A DNA stretch of 64,000 nt, taken from positions 267,456 to 331,455 of the forward strand of contig NMRA01000249.1 in the NCBI GenBank assembly GCA_002633005.1. Direction: 5' to 3'. The translations under genes and the position numbers were made by a program. This stretch comes from Phoronis australis (taxonomy: Eukaryota; Animalia; Phoronida). Of this stretch, positions 15,001 through 27,000 are shown piece by piece. The notes under the pieces were generated by a model. The model was not told the DNA's origin. It was given only the letters and a program-made list of their open reading frames with translations, and did not search any database. Each line of letters begins with the position of its first letter. Positions within the stretch are counted from its first letter, which is position 1.

Positions 15001-18000
15001 GGGAACGTGTGGAGATTTCCATACATATGTTACCAAAACGGAGGAGGTAATTTCCCATTTGATCACATTAAGAAAAAGAGATACCGCTGTGTGGTGTTTT
15101 TGCATATGGTGCACCAGTAACTCTATTCTTTGCAAATAAACTGAGGAGCTACCATTTATATGTGTGGTTTCATAGAGCTTGTGATCGAGGTGCGATAGCT
15201 TATTTTTCGGAAATAGTTGTGCAGAACGTGAAACCAGATTTCACTGTTCATGAAAAGGCCCCGATGAAGTATTGTCATTAACTTCTTATCCATAAGACAA
15301 CGGTTATGAGTTGAAATCTATTCGTTACCTAATGCAAATTACAAATTTCTCTTGGGAGCTGTTTACAACCTTCCGGATTTCTTTCCTCGTCCACATGCAC
15401 GGGCTTTCCGGCAGACGTGCGTCTTTCAATGGAGTTAACATACATGTAGGCGTACAAAAGCATTGGTCCGAAAGAATGTCAGACTATTAATATGTGACTC
15501 TTTAGCGTTGTTTAAGGAATAATGAACCTTCCGTTGAGTAAATCTTTTGACCACTAGTTCGTCAAAAGAGAGGAGTTTCGTAGCAGTGACCGGACAAATA
15601 TTTCGACCGGTATTTTTTATGCAGTTTTCCGCGACTGCACACTCTGGGGAGCCCACGAGCTAACACCCGCAGTTCATGGCAAATAAGCATTTCCCCTTGG
15701 GCGAAGTTCTTTAATATTTGCCCTCGAGCTGACTCATATCCCGGTCACCAACAAAGTTTCGCCTTCCCCTGGCTAAACCAGTGCTTTGGAATTTGGTAGC
15801 TGTCATTAATCCACGTAAATATAAATTTGGATAAAATTGAGGCCTAGACTTCCCTACGTCACGAATTAATGGGTCTGTGGTCATTAGTGTTTCACCATTG
15901 CACCTTTGATTGCGCCACATACTTATTGCTTGGAGGTAAATCTGACAATTGCATGTTGCGTAGATATTCAGAAAAGGGGGATGGTTGCCATGGACAATGA
16001 TTCATTTACCTTTGTGCTGGCATCCTTCATTTATCTATGTAACAACTCCCCTCCCACATTACCCCCTCTCCCTCTTACACTATTTCTCTTATTTCAGGTG
16101 CATTTTTCATCCCTTACGTCATCATGATGCTGTTCGTGGGACTTCCGGTATTCTTCCTCGAGTTGTCTCTAGGTCAATTCTCAAGCAGTGGACCTTTGAC
16201 GTGTTACAGGTTTTCGCCAATATTCTCGGGTAAATTTCGCAGGATAGGGTGAAAAATAGTAACTAGGTCAAGCAAGCAATGAAACGTAACTTTATATGTT
16301 GATCTGTCAACACTTGCACCGTACATTTGTCGGCAAATAGTTGTGTTTATTGGCCCAGTTGAAGAAGACTGGAACGCAAAAACTTCGTAAAAGTACCCTT
16401 TAAACAGGTGCAGGTGAAACTATTTCTTGAAGATGATAACATGAGCGTTATTCATCTGAAATATTGCTTGTATTTCTAAACGAAATTCGTAAGATTCAAT
16501 ATTTTTGCAACACATACGAAAGACAAACTCTGTCATCCCAAGCACGTTTCCAAATTCTCCTCCGCAACGATAACATGTGTGTAATTGCGCTGATGTTCAA
16601 GAATTACCAAAATATATAATCGCCCCTGTATTGCTCACATTGATGATCAAAGGTTACATTTGTCATTTACGGTAAAATGACTTTGTGCTATTAGTCAGGT
16701 TCACTATGTTCAAATTTTGACATTCGTTGGAAATTTTTGGCGAAAGTGGCAACTATACCTTTTTGGAAACATCATCGAATGACGAAACAGGAAAAATGAT
16801 TCCATTTTGGCAGACATCTTGGTGCCTTTTTGGATTTTCAAAAATAGCGCCAGAAAAAAAACTTGCTCAATGTCTCTGCACTTGGGTCACTTAGAATGTT
16901 ACTTTTTATGGTGCACCAGCATTTCATGGGGCAAGGTATTGAAATTTTAGTGACGGCCATCTTGGATTTTCAAAAATGGCGCTCCTAAAATAGATTTTGG
17001 TTATTATCTCTGTTCTTGGGTCTTGAGTGTTAGTTTCAATGGATACACCCACATTTTGTGGCGAAATGAGTCGAAAAACATTTATTGATAAAATGCTACA
17101 TATAACCCAAAACATCTTAGAATCAGCTACGAATCTTCTGCCTGAGAGAAAACCTGATCCATTCAGCTTTAGCCAATGACGAAAAAATCCTAGACGATAT
17201 AAGGAGAGTCTTCAGAGCAGCAGAGAGTATACGCCAGTGTGTTACTAACTTGAGAAGCCAACAGGTGTCACCTGTGTATCGTTAAACATCGGTGATGTAT
17301 CGTGTGAGCTATTTAGTAGAATTCAATGGATTACTGTTGGCCCTAAAGATGAGCTTCACTCAGAACCAATGCCATCTGCAGATTGGCAGTAAGGGCCAGT
17401 CGAAAAATCCTCTTCGGTTTTAAATCAAGTCAGCAAGTAATATACAAACCAAGCACAGATTCAGCAACATTAGGCAACACCATGCAATAGAAAACTCCCA
17501 AGTCCTTGAACCCGGCTGTAACTGCCATCATGACACCAGAAACGAGAAGCTAATAAAACTACTCAATGCGCAGAGATACTTTGTCTCACATGACTGCACC
17601 CTGCGCTAAGAAACTGCTCTAGGTAATGATGTGGTTGAAAGTTCCAGGTACATGTTGTTGGAAGGGCTTTATTTACCCCAATTCCTGAATAAGGATGCCC
17701 TTGTCGTCTTTGCTGTTGACAACACAGATTTTGCAGAAGATACTGCCGATGGAAAAGGCACAACTCATGGGACGGCTGTATCAGTGTATCAGAAGTCTGA
17801 TGTTCCCAGCGGCCTCATCACTCCACCTTCAACCATGAGGGAAGCAGAGATCCTCAGTTTCACCCCATGTCACGTACGTATGGTCCACTGTGAGAAGCCT
17901 ACACCACAAGCACGCAAAAAGAACACATGGGTTGCAGTCAACAAAGAGGAAATCTCTAGTGCATGTCAGGTGACAAACTTGGTTGACTGATAACTCTGGC

Positions 18001-21000
18001 AGTAACCAGGCTGAGGAATGACGAGAACTAAACGAAGATCCGATTCTGGACAGGCTACAATGCAATCTCTACAGGCTATTTTCTCACTGAGTTTGTTACC
18101 TTTCCACTACTTCCAGAGGTGACTCACGAGTGGTCGACACTGCTGGCAGTCATTATGCAGCCGAGCCAGCGGAAGAGGTTGGTTGTTGGCGAAGCACTGT
18201 TTGAGAGAGTCCTGGAAGAAATCGTTAAAGAATGCACCTAGTTAGAAACCATCAGATGTGAGGCTGCAGAGTCAGCAGATAAAGCCTGTTACAGCCACAG
18301 CAAATCCAGAATGGCCGAGATCACACACATTCACAGAATGGGAGGCCCAGACATTATCCAGTGTCATGTTTAAGTCCGTTATGAACTGTCTACATCAATT
18401 CGAAACCATCCTATTATTTGCGGAGCCATCTCGAATTGATAATTTGACTCTGCATCTCCAGGCTGCTAATGGAATGACCATCAGGATTTCTTTCCTAATT
18501 TCGTTGCATCAAGTACAGAAGACTGTGAGCCAGATACATTGCTAATATGCTAGATTTAAGAATCAACCGCACCGGCTGTACTTGGACCGGGCAACTTACC
18601 AGTCGCTAAAACTGCAATCCCATTTGTGCAAACCACCATTGTGAACACTGCAACACAATGATAAAAGTCCATATTTTGAACTGACCGCTAATTCCATCAG
18701 TGCCAATATCAGGTGGAGATTCTTCATGGCAACTCCAGAACTTTCCTGTCTATCTAGTCATTTCAAGAGTCAGTTCAGCAGTGAAGCAGGCACTCTGACC
18801 TGTGACCCAGTCAGATCAATAGGGGTATCGATACCATAGACAAGATTATACGTGCCACACTCAGCCACGGCAATTCAGCAACAGTGCAGGGTTACCAACT
18901 GTACAACATGATCACACATATGCCAATGTCTCTGAAGAGTATGTACCAAAGACCTTGTATGCTGATAACACAGGTGTACTGTACGAAGGTTACGTTTCTA
19001 AGAGAATCAATGGAAATGGGAGCATTGGATCACAGGTCAAAAAGGTCAACAATAAAATGTTCATGTCTGGAAACAAGTAGGCAACATTGAAATTCTGTGA
19101 CAACACCGTTGATTTCAAAGAGACGTGGGGCCTGTATGACAGGCTGCTTGGACTTGTCAGGTCAAACAGACAAATCGACATACATGTACCACTATGAATT
19201 TATCCTAACGCCAAGAGCATTCTTTACTACCAGTGGGAAAATGATGACATGTACTGACATGTCGAAGCTCATCTACCTCCCGCATAATATTTCAGAAACA
19301 GACGCTTTAGAGCAGGACAGGCCTCAAGCTGCATGAGAAACAGAAAACATGGAAACGACATCCACTGAGTGTGTTCAGCCAAGCCACGAAAATGCATCTT
19401 TGGATAGCATTGTAGTGGTTCAAAAGCTAATCAAGAAGCCAGCAACTGTGATTACACTCAGTAATATCAGAAAATGGCTTTGTGACATGGTGAGGTTCAG
19501 AATTATGACGAGATCAGTATCGTTTTAGACACCTACATGTACAAAGACAACTGTTTGAAACAAGTCACAAGAGAAAAAAAGAAGACAAAAGGATGATGTA
19601 CAGTTCTAGATACATGTAAGAGATGAGAATAACATCAAGAATATCCCAATGAGCCGTATCCTCTCCCAAGACGAAAGAAAGGCTCACAAGTGACTGATTA
19701 TCTGTCTCCAAACATACTTGAATTCAGCAAAGACTGTGTCAAGGGAGTATTTATTTTCGCTTCAGGATTTAGAGAGCAACAGATTTCGTCTACGCTTAAA
19801 CGGAAACAACCTCCAAGAAGCAGTACATTGCCAATACATCATGCAGTGCTGACATCACATCGAAAAGTGCCTGATTCTCAGCTGATATGTTTTTCACCAG
19901 AAACAGATGTACTGGTACTCGTCATTGTCTATTATGACAGGCTTCTCAGATATACTTCAGTCTCCATGGCATGTGGGATTGTGGACGTAAATCCAATATG
20001 GACAGCATTCGTCGCTGCCCGGGAAAAGGCTCTACAGTCTTCCCATGCCTTTACAGGGGCACAAAACACTGCTCGTTTCCTCTGGATAGGCAAAGCAACA
20101 TGGTTGAACATACGTATTTGAAGGCGGACAGTGATGTTGTCAGTGCAATGCAGGGTGTTTGTACTGCTTCTGAAGTAACAGGTGAATTTGTGATCACATG
20201 TGCTAAATACTCACCACAAGGTATCGACATACATGTAGAGAGTTTCCCTTAGTCGAGCTTGTTCCTTCTCTGCAAACATATGGCTGACAGCGACAAACTT
20301 CCAAAAACCATTGTTGCTTCAAAACAGCGTGTCCTGAGGGTGTTTATTTTAGCAAAATATCTCTTTGTTTTGCCATACCAAAGAAGGAGATTGGCTTTGT
20401 CCTGTGAGAGAAAAATCTTTTTTTAATAACTTTGAAACTGAAGGGAAAATGCTTTGATATTAACATAAACTCAACACAAAACATAAATACCTGGGGAACA
20501 GTTTGAATTCTGTTTAAGTGGCACATAACCACTTTTACAAATGCAATTTAATCTGTTTTTTGCGTTATGTGCAAATTTAAGAATAATTTTTGATAGCCCT
20601 ACACCTGAAGCCTGTTCAAACCACGCGCGCTGTCCTAAGTGCAATTCCAACTTCTGAAATTATAACCGTGTCAGATTGGTGTCAAAAACAAATGAAAAAC
20701 CTATCACGCAATATAAACTAAGCTTATTTCTTACTGTAACAGCTTAGAATCGTTTTAGTTGCTCAATTACTACTTTAAATATTAAAAGTCACGCCAGACA
20801 CCATCTTGTTTTTCTAGCTAACATGCTACTGCGAGTGGTGAGAGTTTACGAAGCGACCGCTCGCGTAGCCCGCGGCCGCGATCCTTACTGTGCAGGCTTC
20901 TGGTGCATCATTAACATCGCTTAGAAGGTGATTTTGTGGTTGACGGCATTGAGACTGACTTATGCACTCTCAGTAACACTTGTTACCCGTAGGTCTTGGC

Positions 21001-24000
21001 GCCGGAATGGTGATTGCTTCTGGTCTACTGTCTCTCTACTACAACGTGCTCATTAGCTGGGCCATATATTACCTGGTCAGGTCGTTCACCGATCGACTTC
21101 CTTGGTCCACCTGTGACCCCGAGTGGTCAAACTGGCGTAAGTGAAACGCAGAATGCAAATACGTTGAAGAGTTTTCCCAGTTTGGTTAGTGCATCGAGAG
21201 CCCCGCAAACTACATTGGATTCGTTGCCTAATTTTAGTCCTCCCCTCTTTTCATCAAAATGTTAAGCTAATGTTTAGCTACATTATCAACTACCTCAGTG
21301 TCTTTGTTGTGTTATCCACAATGCCACGGCTGTGTATGCCGGCGGGACTCTAAAAACATCGACATTTTCCTTAATTCGCGATGGTTGTTTCGTGAAAGAT
21401 GTTTATAGTATATAAGAATCTAAAAATGGGGAAGCATGTCATGAGGCAAACGTCATAGGAGGCTCAAAATCATTTGGTGTGCAATCCTGCTCACTTGTTT
21501 TTGATGTCACCATCCAGTGTATTGTTTAAAGAAAGGGGTCCGAGTCAGTGTTTAAATTTGAACAGTCTGTGAAAGTTTACTTTTAAATTAAACTCACCCT
21601 GCAAATTGTTGTGAAACAGAAAATATTAGGTAATAAAAATTTGCGACCCCGTATGTTGCATTGTTACTAAAACTCAGATTGATGTTTTCTTCTATTTTAA
21701 ATGGAATGTTTAAGAACGCTTCCAAATTTACGTCTGCCAGCTAGTGTTGAAATTTGGAACCATCATTGCAAACATTGGCCTGGATTCTAATCTGTTTACT
21801 CGAAATGGAACTCGAAAATATGTTTGACATTTTCTGCTCTACTTTTGTGCGAACTCAAGATAAAGGTTTATTATTCTATGCTCGAGTACATAATGATTTA
21901 CGTACACAGTTTTAGTGAAAGTTCACAATTGACAAACCCAACATTAAAGCTAAAAGTTCAACTTTGAACTAGAAAATTCGATTTATTACTGGAATTTGTA
22001 ACATGAATATAAGGGTCATGAGTGCAAACTTGAACTAGAAACTCATATACATGTACATAAACTGTAATGTAATTCAAATACAGTCTTATAACCACTTATT
22101 TTGAATTCGCAAAAATAATTTCGAGTTCGTTTCTAGTACAAAGATTAGATTCCGCGCCATTGTTGATGTTGCCAACTGTAATCCTTAGTAACCTGACAGT
22201 TTCTGTAGCGTTGTCTTACTGGGTACACTAACGTTTGGTAATTGTAATTTTTTGTAAAACAAATATATTCAAGTTTGTCTGGACAATCTCCCCGACACCT
22301 TCTGCAATGGCACATACGATTTTATGAACGAAACCAACGGTGTGTGCTACAATTCAACGCTGGTTGACACACCGGTTGGACTTTGGAACAAGACTTTGGC
22401 CGAAGAAAATGGGATTCGAAGACAGACGCCGAGTCAGCAGTTTTTCAAGTATGGAATTACTTTCATTTAATACTCGTTAATTGTTGTCTCGTTTTTCTTT
22501 TTGGTGATTCACAAGCAATTGAAATTTCTCATGGAGGATCGAAATTTTCTCCTATTTTTATCTGACTGAGGAAACGGACCTTAAAGGAGTGCGACGGACG
22601 TGCCACCTTAAAGGAATGTGACGGACGTGCCAAGAGACTTTGAATTTTTGAAGTCCATGAAGTTAGAGGTGTCTGTTTTATATGACGGTTTAGCAGAATG
22701 TACTGCGCAGCATTCTAATTTTTTATGATATCTTTTGTCAGACAACTCTATGTACATGTAAGTTGTGTTAGTGTGACGGACGTGCGTGACGGACGTAAAC
22801 TCTGAATTTTCAGTGTTTAATTGTTTGCTAGGGCTAAGATTTCAATTCAAAATAATTCAAACTTCAGTATTTAGGCTACACTGGTCTTTTGCTACTGATT
22901 TATTTTTAATCAAAGTACACCGATTGACTTTTTGCATGAAATCATCACCCCATGTAAGCCAGTGCTGGGAATTTACTTTAGGAATTTAATTTCTCAACAC
23001 ATTTGACTAAAGATATAAAACAACCTCCTAAAATCCTCTTTTCTCTTTGAAGGTGGTAAGCTGTATAGATGAAAATGAGAATTTTAACTATTTTGTATTC
23101 CACATCTGATGGTAATCAGGAAAACTGTTTATACGTTAAGTAGATCTAATACCAATGTGAAAATAGAAAGTAAACGTGACTATCCTAAGCATGAAATGAT
23201 CATCACTTTAGTAAATATTCAGTTTATTATTTATTTTTAAAGGAATTGCCATAAGCTTGAACAAACTTCTCTGGGCCATGTCGATGATAGGATTGATGCA
23301 TGCCAATGTTAATAATGAAAGTGTTGTTCAAAAGTATTAGTAACACTATCTTTTTATAACGAACTATGAATCAAACAATTGGTTCAGCATGATTCACTTG
23401 ACACCGTCGTCTTTTGGTATTTGAATTTTGATCAAAAACACCGGTGCTGTCTTGCAGTGTTAAGGCAGACTTTAAATTACATTAAATTTAGGATTATGAT
23501 TAAGGAATAGGTGGAGCAAATAAAATTATCGCATGTTGGTCATTAGTGATAGGCTTAATTAGCTTTTCATGTAGGTTTTCAATTCAATATTGTCATCTTT
23601 TCAATTTTAAAAGAGGTATTAAATTAAGGTCGCTTTACAGTTCACGTAGATACAATTAATGAATTCATTTATCAATGATGGCATTTTTTGAGTTTCAGAG
23701 AACTTTACCGCAGATAATTGTTCCTCTCCCAGTTGCTCCTGGTCTCCAAAAATCCCTCTTTTGTTTCTAATGCTGGTTCAATCTCCTCGAAGCCTAGTAG
23801 ATAAAAATTTAATCTTTCTCAAACAGATTGCGACATCGATGTTCTTTTTGCCATATTATGTAAAATGAGACGATGTAATCATTTGATACGAAATCATTTC
23901 ATGCAAGCGACCCAAGACACTAAGAAACACGCAAGTTAATACATGTACATTCACTGAGGGTGTAATAAAATGCTAAATAAAGAAGATCACCGGTTGATAC

Positions 24001-27000
24001 TACTTAATAATGCCCTGTAACAAAATAGCATAGAGAGTCAGAGCGAAAATAAGAACATTCCAACAGAACAGCAAATTGGCGGGTATTGTTTTAGTTCTCG
24101 TGTTACTTAAACTCCATGGCACTCATGAAAATCTTATATACGTTTTGCTTCCAAAGATTCCAAAAACTAAGAAATTCTTTGCAAACATGGGGCACTAAAA
24201 CAAAAACATTCAGTTTATTAAATCAACAATTTGTTTTATTTACATTCTATGAAGTGGTCCAGTTGTCTAACTTTAACAAATTGTTTTCTCATAAGAATAA
24301 CTAGATGAAACCATAATGTACATGTATACCTTCTCAGCAAATACACAGGGAATTGAAAAAGTCCAATGCATGTAGTTTAAATTAGAAGCAAATTCTGTAC
24401 TTGTCTGTCTTTGTAATATTGTATCGTTTTATGTTCCTAAGTGTGAGAAGAATTCCATTTTCTGCAAGGATGGAAAGTAAAAAAGACCTATGGTTATTTT
24501 CAGTGGCTGAAAAATTGTAGTTTCCTGGATGTGACGGACGTACGTGACGGACGTACAAATTCCCATTGCGTACCTCACGCAATTTCTAACTTAATAAATA
24601 ATCCCTGGGATCTAAAATATGTTGTCCATGTTGTTGAGAAACAAGTTAAAAGAGAATCTGAAATTATTTAAATTTTTATTGAAAACTTCTGACGTGACGA
24701 AACCTTTTAGCCCTTTTTGTGATGGACGTATGGCATCGTGATATCCAGGTGTTGGGGTTTGACCCATAGAGGTAAACGATGCGATACTGGTCAAATGGTT
24801 ACATTTTTGAAAGCTTAGGCTACACGTGATTGCACAAAATTTGGTAATATAGCAAGAAACATAAATAGCTTATTTATGACAATAGGTAGTGAGACACATA
24901 AAATGGGGTATTTCTTTAGGGCCTAGTAACCTCCAAAATTGGTTCGATTAGGAAAAATATTGAAAGCTACACTGTATAAGAATTTCAAATTTGAGCCTTG
25001 AAACTAGAGAGACGATGCTTTCATATGACACTGGAAATGTTAATCCAGTAATAATTTTATTTGTTTGTCTCTAAATTGGCCTTTTCACGTGTACTAATTG
25101 AGGCCGTCTTTTGATGAGGTCGCTTTTCGATTGATGTTGCTGGATCTTTGTTTAAGATCCTGACTTTTAGTCACAGTTGTATGAAACAGTCCTCAAGACA
25201 CATTCAAGTCGTTGGAGTGAATCATTAAGATATGCGACTGCACGTCTTTGTGCTACTTGATCAGGAATATAGGTAGACATCTGTAAATTGATTAGGGTCT
25301 TTGCTTGCAGCAACCGACTGTTGAACTTAACCGCCTCGGAGTCCATTGACAACATAGGCGGTCTGCGTTGGGAACTCGTTCTTTGCCTTCTTGGAGCGTG
25401 GATGATCGTTTGCCTTTGTTTGATTCGAGGCATCAAATCATCCGGCAAGGTATTTGGGAAACTGTGCGCGAGTATGTATGTACATGTATGTATGCATGCT
25501 GTCCAAATGGCCTTGTTTCGCGTTATTTCCCGCAGCCTCGTCCTGGGTTGTTACCGTATAATACACTTGTGATGGTTGAGTTTAATTTAAGGTGATAGGC
25601 GTAAATTTTTTGTGAGATCAGTCTGAGTGCGGAATGGAACCTGAAATTCTCACGTCGCCGCCAAACGATCCTTTAAATTATATAAATACCTAATACACGT
25701 TGGAGTATTTTATACATGAGCCGAACTGAACTAATAATGTCACCATCCTTGATTTCATCTAATGTCAGGCAGAAAAGGGAGACAAGTGGCGATTTGTAAT
25801 AAAAAACCCATAACACTGTAACGGATTTTGTAGTTTTTAGAAGTCTGGTCAATGCCCGAAAACTTCAAAAAGTCAATCTCATTCAACACCAATGCAAAAA
25901 AGCGGTTTCCCAACATAAAAATTATATTGTCCGTATAATATACACTTGTTATTGTCACTTTCACAAAAGATTCTGTTAATGTGCAAACACATTTTGCTTC
26001 GATATTTGATTGCACAAGAATGCAACCAGATTTAATGGCAACAGTAACGAAACCTTACGCTGTGTACCATAATCCTTTGTAAGCTCTAACTTCCGTTCAC
26101 TAAATTCAATTTCGAAATACAAGACACTCACTGTCCGAATTGGTATTCCCTCCTGGCAACACAACCTGATGTTCAGAAGATTTAACTGTTTTTATATGTT
26201 TTCACAATGATAAAGAAACATGTTAATAAACGCAAGTCTATGGGGTGACAAATCTTCCACCTCGATCCTTGGCGTGATTACTGACACTGGCCCTATTTTG
26301 CAGGTCGTCTACTTTACGGCTTTGTTTCCCTACGCCGTTCTAATTACGCTCTTCATCAACGGAATGACTTTGAAGGGTATGGAGGAAGGAATCAAATTTT
26401 ACATCACTCCGAAGTGGGAAACACTTGCTTCAGCGAAGGTGAGTCAGAATGCACTTGTTTCGGACGCATACGTACTCTGTTAGGTTCTAAGTCCGACTCA
26501 GTGTTGTGACAAAACAATGAGATCATTTCCAATGAGAACACTTACGTCACAGATCGCGTGGCACAATGGGTTTCAAATTTTAAAAAAAATCATTATATGC
26601 ACCTCAAAAATGCCGTCGCATTAACGGAATTAAGGTTAAACATTGCGAATGAATTGATCAAGTTTTCGGTAAGTGTTCTTCCGATAGCAAGAACCTTGAA
26701 GTTTGAGAACGACCTGATCGAATAGTCTGTAAATTCAGTCAAACATCTACAAATCCAATATAAATTTGTACAAAAAGGAATACAGTTTCTGGAAATAAAA
26801 AGCCTGTAGACTTGGTGTTTAACTTTATCCCAGCCTGTCATAGATTGGTTGACGAGAATACATTTGTATTTCTTTAACAAAATTTACCAAACAATAACGG
26901 TACCCTGTACATCCGTACCAAATGACGGTATCAACAACGTGGCCAAATTTCGCTAATTGTTGTATAAACTTTAACATAATATCCCCAATAGACCATTGCA

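Noticed and set aside
14881-15120. Stand-alone short ORFs with SLC6 motifs as separate genes or pseudogene pieces
   Set aside because: They splice with consistent phases into one uninterrupted reading frame.
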